A DNA stretch of 64,000 bases from Polaribacter sp. (GTDB lineage: Bacteria; Bacteroidota; Bacteroidia; Flavobacteriales; Flavobacteriaceae), in the NCBI GenBank assembly GCA_965261035.1, contig OZ253439.1, forward strand, positions 1,337,070 through 1,401,069. The letters are read 5' to 3'. Position 1 is the first letter of the stretch, and each line of letters begins with the position of its first letter. Both the position numbers and the translations under genes were made by a program. Shown here piece after piece: positions 48,511-59,420 of the stretch. The notes beneath the pieces are model-generated. The model saw only the letters and a list, made by a program, of their open reading frames with translations. It did no database searches and was not told the DNA's origin.

Positions 48511-48692
48511 CTTGTTTTTTTCTTAACAATTGCAAAGGTAATTAATAGATTTAGGTTTTTGGATATTTTACGAAGTTATTATGCTTGGTTGTATAAGTCT
48601 ATATCTAATTGACATCTGTGGCTTGTTGTGAATTGGTTTCAGATTGTATATTTGTGTGATTATTCACGAGTCATAATAAATAGTTTTATTCG

Positions 48693-48903
48693 CATGTCAA
48701 ACGCATTAAAAATCATCTTAAATAATAATAATAATAGGTTAAATTAGATTTTTAGCCTATATATTTATTTGATAATCAAATAAATAATATGAATACACAA
48801 AAGAAACTACTTACCTTTACTCGGACAATTCCAGACTTTAGAATAGATAGAAAAAATTACATCTATCGGAAAACATTATTCTTATAACTTTATATTTTTA
48901 GTT
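48693..48903 (+). mobile_element. ISAs1-family relic (degenerate left end plus frameshifted transposase 5' end)
   Basis: ATG at 48789, MNTQKKLLTFTRTIPDFRIDRK then -1 frameshift to LHLSENIILIT; CATGTCAAACGCAT resembles an ISAs1 end. Confidence 0.6.
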
Positions 48904-48979
48904 ATGTAGAGCTACTTGAAAATTTGGCGGAGTATTGATTTAGTTTGTTTATAATCTAAAAAAAATCTATTTTCGTTGG

Positions 48980-50773
48980 ATGCCAATACTTTTAGAAATC
49001 CAAATAAAAACATTACCAAATTTACCGGGAGTATATCAATACTACGATAAAAACGGTGCTATTTTGTATGTTGGCAAGGCAAAAAATTTGAGGAAAAGAG
49101 TTTCATCATATTTTATTAAAAAGCATAAATATGGTAAAACAGCCGTTTTGGTAAAAAAAATATCCGAGATAAAACATATTGTTGTAGATACCGAAACGGA
49201 TGCGTTATTATTAGAAAATAATCTGATAAAAAAATATCAGCCGAAGTACAATATAATGCTAAAAGATGATAAAACATACCCTTGGATTTGTATAAAAAAA
49301 GAGCGTTTTTCACGAGTTTTTTTAACTCGAAAAGTTGTCAAAGATGGGTCGGAATATTTTGGACCTTACACATCAGTTAGAGTAGCAAAAGCGTTGTTAG
49401 ATTTAGTGAAAGAACTCTATACACTAAGAACCTGCACGTTTGATTTGAGCGACGAAAAAATTAACGCAAAGAAATATAAAGTTTGTTTAGAATATCATTT
49501 AGGAAACTGTAAAGCTCCTTGCGAGGCGTTTCAAACAGTAGAAAATTATCAATCAGATATTGATAAAATTAAAAATATTATAAAGGGGAATTTTAAAGAA
49601 TCACTGGATAAATTTAAGAAATTAATGTCTAATCTTTCGGCTAAAATGGAGTTTGAAGAGGCACAAAAAATTAAAGAAAAAATAGATTTGCTTTCTAAAT
49701 ATCAAGCGAAATCTACGGTCGTAAATCCTTCAATTAATAATGTAGATGTGTTTTCTATCATCTCTGACGAGGAATTTGGATATGTGAATTTTTTTAAAAT
49801 TGGAAATGGTGCAATTATTCAGTCTCAAACCATAGAAATCAGAAAAAAATTAGAAGAAACAGACAAAGAATTGTTAGAATTATCTATTGTAGAAATAAGG
49901 CAGAGGGTTAATTCTCAGTCTAAAGAAATTTACACGCCTTTTGATGTTAATTTAGGTGATGAAATTAAAGTAACCGTGCCAAAACTTGGCGATAAAAAAC
50001 GTATCATAGAATTGTCGATAAGAAATGCCAAATACTTTAGGCAAGAGCGTTTTAAGCAGCTAAAAATTGTAGATCCAGACAGGCATATAAAACGAATTAT
50101 GCTTCAGATGAAAAAAGATTTACGGTTAAATAAAGAGCCGAGACATATTGAGTGTTTTGATAATTCAAACATTCAGGGAACGCACCCAGTTGCGGCTTGC
50201 GTTGTCTTTAGAAACGGAAAGCCGAGCAAAAAAGAATACAGAAATTACAACATAAAAACGGTAGTTGGTGCAGATGATTTTGCATCGATGGAAGAAGTGG
50301 TTTTTAGAAGATACAAAAGATTACTATCCGAAGAAAAATCGTTGCCACAATTAATAATTATAGATGGAGGAAAAGGGCAATTGTCATCTGCTTTAAAGAG
50401 TTTAGACGCCTTGGACTTGCGAGGAAAAATAGCCATTATAGGAATCGCCAAACGATTGGAAGAAATATATTATCCCGAAGATTCTGTTCCTATGTATTTG
50501 GATAAAAAATCGGAAAGTTTGAAGGTTATCCAATTTTTAAGAAACGAAGCACACAGATTTGGAATTACGTTTCACAGAAACAAACGAAGTAAAAGTGCTA
50601 TTCAATCAGAATTAGAGCAAATTCCGGGTGTTGGCGAACAAACAATTACAATATTATTGCAAAAATTCAAATCAGCAAAAAGAGTGAAAAACGCTACATT
50701 TGAAGAATTGAAATCTGAAATAGGAAACTCGAGAGCCAAAAAAATAGTTGAATATTTTGGTGTATCAAAATAG
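48980..50773 (+). CDS. uvrC: Excinuclease ABC subunit C
   Basis: PGVYQY..YVGKAKNL, IECFDNSNIQG, IIDGGKGQL, EAHRF. Confidence 0.97.
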   Translation: MPILLEIQIKTLPNLPGVYQYYDKNGAILYVGKAKNLRKRVSSYFIKKHKYGKTAVLVKKISEIKHIVVDTETDALLLENNLIKKYQPKYNIMLKDDKTYPWICIKKERFSRVFLTRKVVKDGSEYFGPYTSVRVAKALLDLVKELYTLRTCTFDLSDEKINAKKYKVCLEYHLGNCKAPCEAFQTVENYQSDIDKIKNIIKGNFKESLDKFKKLMSNLSAKMEFEEAQKIKEKIDLLSKYQAKSTVVNPSINNVDVFSIISDEEFGYVNFFKIGNGAIIQSQTIEIRKKLEETDKELLELSIVEIRQRVNSQSKEIYTPFDVNLGDEIKVTVPKLGDKKRIIELSIRNAKYFRQERFKQLKIVDPDRHIKRIMLQMKKDLRLNKEPRHIECFDNSNIQGTHPVAACVVFRNGKPSKKEYRNYNIKTVVGADDFASMEEVVFRRYKRLLSEEKSLPQLIIIDGGKGQLSSALKSLDALDLRGKIAIIGIAKRLEEIYYPEDSVPMYLDKKSESLKVIQFLRNEAHRFGITFHRNKRSKSAIQSELEQIPGVGEQTITILLQKFKSAKRVKNATFEELKSEIGNSRAKKIVEYFGVSK

Positions 50774-50831
50774 TCAAAGTGAAAAGCTAAAAGTGAAAAT
50801 CAATTTGAAAATTTAACAACCAGCAACCAAC

Positions 50832-52034
50832 TCATAATTCATCTATATAATCCTGTAAATATTTATAACGTTCGGTTAATTTTCCGTTTTCGGTCATTTT
50901 AGCACGTTCTAGTATGCTGTCTTTATCTCCGTTATAAAATGCTGGAATTACGTTTTCTAAAAATAATTCTCCAAAACCTTCGCTGGCGTCTTTTGGTAAT
51001 TCGCAGGGCAGATTATCTACCGCCATTACCACGATTGCTTTTTCATCTTTAAAATCAATTTCGGATTCTGTTTCTGGATTGTAACCATAAATTGGGTCTG
51101 CAATAGTTGATGGACGAATTGTAGATGCAACGGGTCCGTCAATATCACAAGAAATATCTGCTACTAATTTAATTTTAAAATCTGATGACTTTGCGTCTTC
51201 GCGTGTAAATAGGTACGGAGAGTCGTCAGCAAAGAAATGACTGGCAATAAAATAATCAGTTACTTTTGCAAAACGCATAAAATTTGAAGTGTATTCTTTG
51301 GGATTATTATAGAAATCGGATTTGCTAAAAGTTCTTTTGTCTTTGTGCTTGGTGTAGTTCAAAACATTAATGATGCAATATACAGGTTTGCTAAAATTGT
51401 TGTTCAGATATTCATTTACAGAAACCTCTTTGATGTTCATTCCATCTAACATTTCTTTAGCTCCATAGGCAACTTTCCCCATTCCTGTTAAAAGAATTTT
51501 TATGTTTGGTATATCAACTTTATTTAGTTCTTCAATCAACGCTTTTTGGTCTGACAGATTTTCTGCTTTTGGCAAATTGAACGTTTTATTTTTTAAGCCA
51601 AAAGCTCTAAAACCGTTGTAAGCTCCGACAATTCCTGCATAACGCCCAAAGCCAATTAGACGTACTCCGCTTTGTTTTACAATATTTTCGTGGTCGTATA
51701 GCTCAATATTTTTATCTAAAACAGCTTTTAATAAATCTCTGTTATACACCTGCTTTTTTGCAGTATGGCTAAAAAAGAAATATTTTTTATTTGGGATTAA
51801 AGCATCAATCGGGACTTCCTTCACGCCCAACAGCACGTCACAATCGGAAACATCGGTTGTAACTTCAAATCCTGCGTCTTTATATTCTACATCTGAGAAA
51901 ACTCTAATGTCTGAGCTTTCTACTTTTATAGACGAGTTTAAAAATTTATTTTTGAGCTCTTGTAGCTTCTTTGGTGAGAAAACGACTCTTCTATCGGGTG
52001 GGTTTTTGCGTTCTTTTATAATGCCAAATTTCAT
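50832..52034 (-). CDS. Saccharopine dehydrogenase-like / AlaDH-PNT family NAD(P) oxidoreductase
   Basis: LGVKEVP, FFSHT, ADISCDI, AVDNLPCELP. Confidence 0.82.
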   Translation of the reverse strand: MKFGIIKERKNPPDRRVVFSPKKLQELKNKFLNSSIKVESSDIRVFSDVEYKDAGFEVTTDVSDCDVLLGVKEVPIDALIPNKKYFFFSHTAKKQVYNRDLLKAVLDKNIELYDHENIVKQSGVRLIGFGRYAGIVGAYNGFRAFGLKNKTFNLPKAENLSDQKALIEELNKVDIPNIKILLTGMGKVAYGAKEMLDGMNIKEVSVNEYLNNNFSKPVYCIINVLNYTKHKDKRTFSKSDFYNNPKEYTSNFMRFAKVTDYFIASHFFADDSPYLFTREDAKSSDFKIKLVADISCDIDGPVASTIRPSTIADPIYGYNPETESEIDFKDEKAIVVMAVDNLPCELPKDASEGFGELFLENVIPAFYNGDKDSILERAKMTENGKLTERYKYLQDYIDEL

Positions 52035-52154
52035 AGTCTTAATCGGTATAAATATTTTGCACTAAGGTATTATATATTATAATTATAAGCAAACCATAAT
52101 TATATCATTTTTATTTTTTACTTTTGCAGACAATTATTTGAGTTATAATTTAAT

Positions 52155-52553
52155 GGGGACGACTGGTTTTGACAGCAAGATTAGTAAAAATGTAAGCATA
52201 CCGAGGAATGAAGTTACCACTCGTAAAACTTATTTCACATTTTTTAAACGGCGAAGAAAACTACGTTTTAGCAGCTTAACATAATCTGAATTACAGTAAG
52301 ATTTTAGCCTCGGCACACAAGGTGTGCATGCTTTATGTCCACGAAAAGCCTTGGTTTATGGCGTTTCTTTTTGGGCATCGTAAAAATAAACATAGAAAAC
52401 TTGGTGCTTCAACAAGGTTTTGAAATTTTAGAAGATAAGCTAAAAGTAGAGTGTTTTTGATCATTTTTTAGTCTAAAATCAAACAAAAACTAAGTATGTA
52501 GAAAGCCTTTTGGCTACTTGTTTGGACCCGAGTTCGATTCTCGGCGTCTCCAC
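52155..52553 (+). ncRNA. ssrA: tmRNA
   Basis: 5' GGGGACGACTGGTTTTGACAG; tag GEENYVLAA* at 52250..52279; 3' GACCCGAGTTCGATTCTCGGCGTCTCCA. Confidence 0.95.
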
Positions 52554-52559
52554 AAAGCA

Positions 52560-52599
52560 AAACCACAACTTGTTAATTAACAATAAGTTGTGGTTTTTT
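52560..52599 (+). terminator. ssrA terminator
   Basis: aaaccacaactt...aagttgtggttt-ttt. Confidence 0.85.
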
Positions 52600-52719
52600 A
52601 TTTCTTAATATACACAATATTTAAAAAGAAGATAATTATTAGCTATTTTTTACTTCGTCAATAAATAGCCGTTTTTCGTATTTTCTGCTGTTTTTTAGCA
52701 AAGTTCTCTTTATTTTAAT

Positions 52720-52950
52720 AAAATTCCTACCAATATAGTCCAAACGAAAGTATCAATAATCTGATGACGCATTCAATCTTTTTTGTGAGGAGCATTGAAG
52801 ACTTGCTATATATCACCAAAGAAAAACAGATTTCTTTAGTCTCTCCTTCTTACGGGTAATTATTTTTACTCCCTAATTACTTTTTTCTCCTGAGAAAGGT
52901 TCACTCTCAAGTATGGTTAAACACTAATTTAATCACCAATAAATATAGTT
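52720..52950 (-). pseudogene. Possible heavily decayed GH3-type Fn3-like C-terminal fragment
   Basis: Fragments IFIGD, KVIRE*K, EGETKEICF across frames; weak; boundaries approximate. Confidence 0.25.
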
Positions 52951-53050
52951 ACGGAAGAAGTGCAGTTTTGTGTACGAGGAGCTTTTTCCAATAGAAAAAT
53001 AAGAGGTAACAAAATGCACAAACTTTCTAAATAGTTTACAAATGTAAGGA

Positions 53051-54472
53051 TTATTTTTTAAAATAGCTGATTTTTTTTGATTTCAATTTATTTTTATTTA
53101 GCAAACTATCTAAAAACTGTTTGGTATTTTTAGCCGAAGGTCTGGGAGCTTTGGCTGTTATAATATTTCCGTTTTGGTCTATTAATATTGACCTAGGAAT
53201 TAAGCCAACACTAAAAAACTTCATAAAATCAGATTTCAGACCTTTGTCTGCTAATAGTTGTACGCCTCCAACATTCTTTTCAGGAACCATAGCTCTCCAC
53301 TTTTTATAATCATTCTTTGAATCGATAGAGATGCTTATAAATTCAATTGGTTTTCCTTTGTATGTTTTGATTAAATCTGTTAGAGAGGGCATTTCTTTAA
53401 TGCAAGGTCCACACCAAGTCGCCCAAATTTCAACGTATAATATCTTGCCTTTTAACTCATTTAAAGATGTTTTGCCACCCTTATGATTCTCGTAAACAAA
53501 GTCCATTACTTTCATTTCTGGTTGCGTTGATTGTGCAGAGAGATATCTCTTTTTAAGTTTTTCCTTTTTGATTTCACTTGTTAGCAACGGTAATATTTCA
53601 TTATAACTCTGTTCAAAATTTTTATTTTTTGGACTCACTTGTCTAAAGAGCATACTTACAATTTGGTCTTTTATTTTGGTGCTTTTTATATCTTTTATCA
53701 TATTCTTAACAAAACTTATCGAAGAGTAATTTGGATTATTTCTCTCTGCCTCTTTTGATGTCAATCTCCAATTTTCAATAACTAAATATCGGTAACTTTT
53801 ATCATAGTGAAATGACTCCTCGTCGTCGAGATTTAAGTTTATAATAGGGTCGTAATAACCTAACGGCAATTTTGGATGTTCTTTAGTGTGATAATGATTA
53901 AATTTGTCATAGTTATATCTTGTAAGCAGATAATCGTGTTCTATCATCTTTTTTTGAATTTTATAATCCTTATCATTTAATTTTGCATCTTCTAATTGTG
54001 CTAAAAATAGTTTTTTGTTCTTTTTAATTTTGGCTAAAAAATCTTCTATAGGTACAACAAAAAAATCTTTTGCATTTCCTACCAATTTTGCTTTTAACTT
54101 AATCCTTTCAACATAATAATTGTTTAAAACAGCTCCTTTGCCAGTTGCATACAATGACTTGTAGAAATCATTGGCATCTGTAACAAAATTTAGATTATCG
54201 CCTTTCTTTAAAAAGATTGAGGTATATGATTTTCCTACTTGAAAAAAATAAAATCCTGATTTATCTATATCCACAGTGTCTTTAAATTTCCCTGATTTGT
54301 CAATGGCTATCTCCTTTTTAAAGGAATAGTCATAATTTCCCATTTTAATTACTGTTTCATTGGTGTTTTTTATGGTACCAGACAATAAAACATAACTAAT
54401 TTCTTCCTCTGGTCCTTTGCAAGAAAAAATTAAAGCAACAAAGCTTAATAAAATAAAACATACAGTTCTCAT
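53051..54472 (-). CDS. TlpA-like thiol-disulfide oxidoreductase lipoprotein
   Basis: Lipobox IFSC; WATWCGPC; IPRSILID. Confidence 0.9.
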   Translation of the reverse strand: MRTVCFILLSFVALIFSCKGPEEEISYVLLSGTIKNTNETVIKMGNYDYSFKKEIAIDKSGKFKDTVDIDKSGFYFFQVGKSYTSIFLKKGDNLNFVTDANDFYKSLYATGKGAVLNNYYVERIKLKAKLVGNAKDFFVVPIEDFLAKIKKNKKLFLAQLEDAKLNDKDYKIQKKMIEHDYLLTRYNYDKFNHYHTKEHPKLPLGYYDPIINLNLDDEESFHYDKSYRYLVIENWRLTSKEAERNNPNYSSISFVKNMIKDIKSTKIKDQIVSMLFRQVSPKNKNFEQSYNEILPLLTSEIKKEKLKKRYLSAQSTQPEMKVMDFVYENHKGGKTSLNELKGKILYVEIWATWCGPCIKEMPSLTDLIKTYKGKPIEFISISIDSKNDYKKWRAMVPEKNVGGVQLLADKGLKSDFMKFFSVGLIPRSILIDQNGNIITAKAPRPSAKNTKQFLDSLLNKNKLKSKKISYFKK

Positions 54473-54506
54473 AAAATAAAAATTAAAAATTATCAATATA
54501 AAATTA

Positions 54507-55907
54507 TTAGTATCCTGAGTTTTGTTGATTCTCAGAAATATTATCGTTACTGTCTATTTCTACTTGAGGTATAGGCAGAATTGTCATATTATTAGGATAG
54601 TTTACTTCAATTGGTAAATCACTGGGTGCAAATCTATATTTAGTAAAACTTTTCTTTCTTCTTGTTAAATCAAACAAACGGTGTCCTTCAAACATAAGTT
54701 CTTTTCTTCTTTCTTCCTGTATAATATTTTTAAGTGCATCTCCAGACTCCGTATAAGGCGTAGCAGACGGATTGGCTCTTAAAAGTATGGTATTTACTGC
54801 TAACCTAGCAGCATCTTCATTTGTATTTCCTCCCATTTCGGCTAATGCCTCTGCTTGTATAAAATACATTTCTGAAAGGCGAATTACCGGGATATTGTCA
54901 TCTCTAGAAGAAGCTGTGTATTTAAGCACTTTATTATACCCTGATTTAATGGTGATTAAATTTTTTCTCACATCGGCATCGTCGAGTGAATTATATAAAT
55001 CATCTGTGGCTACAAAGCGAATAAAGTTGTTGTAATAATATGTTATAGATGAACTGCTCGAGTCATCATTATCTAAATTTACGATAGAAAAAATAGTTTC
55101 GTTCGTGTTATCTTGTGTCCAACTCAAAATGTAATCTTCATTGGGAATTAACGAATATCCGCTACCTATAACTTCAGTTGATAATATATTAGCATCTTCC
55201 CAATTTTCCATATATAAATAAATTCTAGCTAATAATGCTTTGGCAGAATTTTTATTAAAAAAGTAAACAGAAGATGTATCGTTTCCGATAATTTCAATTC
55301 CTTTTTTAATGTCTGAAACTATTTTAGTATATACTTGAGCAGTTGTACTTCTTGCAGGATTTATAATTTCTATTCCCACTAAATTTTCATCGATTAAAGG
55401 CACTCCTAAATGAGAAGCATCTGTTGTAAAATTATACGGCTGTGCAAATAATCGTTGCATATCAAAATACGCCAATGAACGAGCCACATACAACTGACCA
55501 ATTAATTTAGTAGCTTCTTCTTTATCAGCACCGAAATCAAAAGTTTCTGCTTGTCTAATAACTATTGTAGATTGTGCAATAAGATTCGTGATTTTATCCC
55601 ATATTCTTTTTGCATATCTATCTTCTGAAATAGTTTTATAATTATCTATATCAACAAAAACAGAGCCGTTTCTTCTTTGAGTATTATCTGACATTACATC
55701 AGGAAGCATTACAAAGTAGTTGTTGTAATAATACGTATCTTGATATATGTCGTAAACGCCTTTAGCCACTGCTTTAAATGTCGCAAAATCTGTAATTACA
55801 TTTTCTGTGATAATTTTATCATAAGGTTTTTTGTCTAAAAATTCATCTTGATTACAAGAGATAAAAGTAAGTAAAGATAATATAATTGATAAATATTTAT
55901 TTTTCAT
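54507..55907 (-). CDS. RagB/SusD family lipoprotein
   Basis: Lipobox FISC; KALLARIYLY, RLSEMYFIQAEA, ERRKELMFEGHRLFDL. Confidence 0.94.
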   Translation of the reverse strand: MKNKYLSIILSLLTFISCNQDEFLDKKPYDKIITENVITDFATFKAVAKGVYDIYQDTYYYNNYFVMLPDVMSDNTQRRNGSVFVDIDNYKTISEDRYAKRIWDKITNLIAQSTIVIRQAETFDFGADKEEATKLIGQLYVARSLAYFDMQRLFAQPYNFTTDASHLGVPLIDENLVGIEIINPARSTTAQVYTKIVSDIKKGIEIIGNDTSSVYFFNKNSAKALLARIYLYMENWEDANILSTEVIGSGYSLIPNEDYILSWTQDNTNETIFSIVNLDNDDSSSSSITYYYNNFIRFVATDDLYNSLDDADVRKNLITIKSGYNKVLKYTASSRDDNIPVIRLSEMYFIQAEALAEMGGNTNEDAARLAVNTILLRANPSATPYTESGDALKNIIQEERRKELMFEGHRLFDLTRRKKSFTKYRFAPSDLPIEVNYPNNMTILPIPQVEIDSNDNISENQQNSGY

Positions 55908-55937
55908 AATTATATGTTTTTATATGATTAAATTGTA

Positions 55938-58900
55938 TTAGAACGAAACATTAAGCCCAAAATAAACTATTTTAGTTAATGGAGTATCAAAACTGGCAGC
56001 ACCTGTTATTCCTCCTATCTCTGGGTCATTATCTAATGTATCGTCTTTTATGTAGGTCCATATATTGTCTGCACTTACATACAAACGCAACCTGTCAATA
56101 AGTATTTTTTCTAACACTTTTTTAGGGAAATTATATGCCAGCTCCAATTTTTTTAATCTGATATAGCTCGCACCGTGAAGCCACCTTGAAGATTTATTTA
56201 ATGACCGAGTATTACCGTACACATACTTTGGTACATCTGTAATATCACCAGATTTTTGCCATCTTCTGTCATAAACGGCTCTTGATGTATTGCTGTAATC
56301 TCTTAATTTTAAACTCCCATTATCATTTTGAGTATTTCCAGAAGTCTCAAAAACCTGACCGCCCCAACTCGTGTAGAAAAGTGCAGTAAGAGATAGATTT
56401 TTAAAACTAACCGTATTTGTTAAAGAGCTATAAAAGTCTGGAGTAGTTTTACCGTGATTGTATTTAACGGCTTCTCTATAATTGGTGGTTGTTTCAGTTT
56501 CTGTTTCATCAGTATAAAACAATTCGCTTCCTGTTTCTGAATCTACTCCTGCGTATCCGTAGATATTAAGCGTATTGAAATCTTCTCCTATTTTCCTTAT
56601 ATAATTTCCTGAAATAATCTCATCTTTAGCTAACTTCGTTATTTCATTTTTATTGGTAGTAAAAGTTATGCCAGTAGTCCATCTAAAGCCATTATTTTCA
56701 GAAGTAATATTTTTAGTATTTAAAGAAATCTCAAAACCACTGTTTTTCATTCCGCCAAAATTTCTAAAAATAAAATTATCTGCATTAAAAGATGAGACGG
56801 GTAAATTATATAAAAGTTTGTCTGTATTTCTACTGTAATAATCTATAAACCCAGAAATTCTATTGTTGTACAAAGAAAAATCAACACCTATATCAAAAGT
56901 TGAATTTTCCTCCCAACCTAAAGATGAGTTTCCTGCTGATGCTATAGTAACGACGTTTTCACCATTATAGAAACTTGTCCCGTTAAATGTTCCTACATAG
57001 TTAAAAAGTCCTATTTGGTCATTACCGTTAACCCCATAACTGACACGCAGTTTTAAGATATTAATGGCATCTACATTCTCCATAAAGTCTTCTTTATGTA
57101 TATTCCACCCTGAGCCAATGGCGTAAAAATTTCCATATTTATTATTTGAACCAAATCTTGAAGAGCCATCTCTTCTAAAAGATGCGTTTACTAAATATTT
57201 GCCCTGATAATTATAGTCAGCATTTAAAAACAAAGAACTGATTGCAGATTCATTTCTACCCGTATATGTGTGTACTGTATTTCCATTGTCAAGTGTTTCT
57301 GCACCGCTACGTAATTGGTCCACGCTAACGTTTGTTATTTTCGTATCTGTCGCACTACTTTCCACACCAACAAATGTGCTAAAGTTATGATTGTCTCCAA
57401 ATTGCATATCATACCTCAATAAAGCCCGAGTATTCCATGTAAATATGTCAATATTTTTTTGAATTCCAAAACTGGAGCGATTATTAAATCCTTTTCCGAT
57501 ATGCTCTGGAAAGCTGTTGTAATTTTCTGTTAATTTATAGTTCCCGCTAAAACTGGTTTCAATAGTTAAATCTGAAACTAACTCATAATTCATATTTAAT
57601 GAACCTCTAAAATCATTAGTTTCAAGTTTTCTGGCTTCGTCCGTTAATATGCCTAATGGATTGACAGCAAAATTATAACTTGTATCGTATGAACCATCGT
57701 TATTATATATTTTAAGATCTGGTCTTAACGCATATATATTTCTGTATGGATTGTAAAAAGAAGTTCCTGTTTCATGATTATTTGATTGTGTTTTACCATA
57801 ACCTATATTTACAGTTATATCAAATTTTTTAGAAACCTCTGTGTTGTATTTAAGTCTTGCAGTTACTCTATCAAAGTCAATATCTTTTAGAGGCGTTTCA
57901 TTTTTTAAATATCCTAAAGAGAGATAATAATTATTAGTACCTTTCCCTCCAGAAACAGATAAATTATGTTGTTTCATTACAGATGTTCTAGTTAACTCAT
58001 CTTCCCAATTTGTATTTTGATTGGGATTAAATGGTGTAATAGAGCCACCTGGGTTCAACAAAAAACTTAAGGCATCAGCTTCTGTATTTATTTTATTTGT
58101 CGAATTATTTATTAAGCCTTCAATATAAAGTTCTTGTAATTCTACTGTGTTTAGCCTTTTATTTAGATTAGTAAATTTAGAAAAACCGATTTGGGTTGAA
58201 TACGTAGCTCTATATCTACCGGTTTTACCAGATTTTGTTTCTATAACAATAACACCATTTGCTGCTCTTGCTCCATATATACTGGTGGCAGAAGCATCTT
58301 TAAGAACCGAGATGGACTTTATATCATTGCCATTAATACTTGATAAATCTGAACCGTCAAACGTAGGAACGCCGTCAATAACATACAATGGACTTCCGGG
58401 AGTGAGAATTATAGGATTTCCTAATACAGCTTTTGGTGTGCCGAAACCTACAAAACCAACACCTTCTTGAAATGCAGAGCCTACGCCTCTAATAATTACC
58501 TGCGGTATAGCCTGCGGATGATTATTGTTTGAAAGTATCTGCAAACCTGCTACGCTTCCTTGTAATCCCTCTTGTAACGTTGGTCTATAAGAATTTTCGT
58601 AATACGATTGCTCAATATTCTGTGCTGCTCCGGTTATTTTATCTCGAGATATTTTTTGATAACCTGTAAAGATTAAACTTACTTCATCTAATTTTACAAC
58701 AGACTTCAAAAGAGATAAATTAATTTCTGTCTGCTCGTTTACTACAACTTTTTTGGTTATAAATCCTACAAAAGAAAAGACTAAAACAGCATCATTGTTA
58801 GTAACAGAAATTGTATAATTACCTAAAATATCAGTGGTAGTTCCGTTAGTTGTCCCTTCTTCAAGAATATTTACTCCCGGAAATGGTTGGTCATTTTCGT

Positions 58901-59324
58901 CAGTTACAATACCTGCTATTGGAATCCCCTGTTGTTCTTGAATAGTTAGTTGTTCATTGTTGTTTTCGTTTATAACGATAACATTGTCTTCTGATAATTT
59001 AAAATTGAGATTATTCCCTGAAAGACTCAACACTAACAGCTTTTGCAAAGCTATAGTTCCTTTTTTTAATTCAACTTTTGGTGCTTCTTTAAATAAATAT
59101 TCCGGATATAAGAATCTATATTTTGTTTGTTCTTTAATAATTCTGAAAACCTCATGAACGGAGACCACTTTATCTGAATTAATTATAATTTTTTCTTGAG
59201 AAAAACTGTTTATTGCAGTAAATCCAAAAACTGTTGTACATAATAAAAAGATAAACATTCTCATAATAAGAATTAGAAACCGTTTTCGAACGAGAGAACG
59301 GACATTAATAAATTTAATTTCCAT
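55938..59324 (-). CDS. SusC/RagA TonB-dependent receptor with N-terminal STN signalling domain
   Basis: PLYVIDG, ISVLKDASATSIYGARAANGVIVI, RRDGSSRFG, C-terminal FGLNVSF. Confidence 0.95.
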   Translation of the reverse strand: MEIKFINVRSLVRKRFLILIMRMFIFLLCTTVFGFTAINSFSQEKIIINSDKVVSVHEVFRIIKEQTKYRFLYPEYLFKEAPKVELKKGTIALQKLLVLSLSGNNLNFKLSEDNVIVINENNNEQLTIQEQQGIPIAGIVTDENDQPFPGVNILEEGTTNGTTTDILGNYTISVTNNDAVLVFSFVGFITKKVVVNEQTEINLSLLKSVVKLDEVSLIFTGYQKISRDKITGAAQNIEQSYYENSYRPTLQEGLQGSVAGLQILSNNNHPQAIPQVIIRGVGSAFQEGVGFVGFGTPKAVLGNPIILTPGSPLYVIDGVPTFDGSDLSSINGNDIKSISVLKDASATSIYGARAANGVIVIETKSGKTGRYRATYSTQIGFSKFTNLNKRLNTVELQELYIEGLINNSTNKINTEADALSFLLNPGGSITPFNPNQNTNWEDELTRTSVMKQHNLSVSGGKGTNNYYLSLGYLKNETPLKDIDFDRVTARLKYNTEVSKKFDITVNIGYGKTQSNNHETGTSFYNPYRNIYALRPDLKIYNNDGSYDTSYNFAVNPLGILTDEARKLETNDFRGSLNMNYELVSDLTIETSFSGNYKLTENYNSFPEHIGKGFNNRSSFGIQKNIDIFTWNTRALLRYDMQFGDNHNFSTFVGVESSATDTKITNVSVDQLRSGAETLDNGNTVHTYTGRNESAISSLFLNADYNYQGKYLVNASFRRDGSSRFGSNNKYGNFYAIGSGWNIHKEDFMENVDAINILKLRVSYGVNGNDQIGLFNYVGTFNGTSFYNGENVVTIASAGNSSLGWEENSTFDIGVDFSLYNNRISGFIDYYSRNTDKLLYNLPVSSFNADNFIFRNFGGMKNSGFEISLNTKNITSENNGFRWTTGITFTTNKNEITKLAKDEIISGNYIRKIGEDFNTLNIYGYAGVDSETGSELFYTDETETETTTNYREAVKYNHGKTTPDFYSSLTNTVSFKNLSLTALFYTSWGGQVFETSGNTQNDNGSLKLRDYSNTSRAVYDRRWQKSGDITDVPKYVYGNTRSLNKSSRWLHGASYIRLKKLELAYNFPKKVLEKILIDRLRLYVSADNIWTYIKDDTLDNDPEIGGITGAASFDTPLTKIVYFGLNVSF

Positions 59325-59371
59325 AAATTTGCCTTGTGTTAGTTATACATTAATTAATTAATACTCAATTG

Positions 59372-59420
59372 AAAGGGCGAAGTTTGTTACACCTCTAAAT
59401 GTTTATACTTCGCTCTCTTT
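59372..59420 (-). promoter_or_regulatory. Stem-loop between fecR and susC (leader or attenuator-like)
   Basis: aaagggcgaagt...acttcgctctcttt. Confidence 0.5.

Noticed and set aside
52250-52279. Unusual tmRNA tag (GEENYVLAA)
   Set aside because: Minor variant of the Bacteroidota GExNYALAA type; ends in the normal LAA
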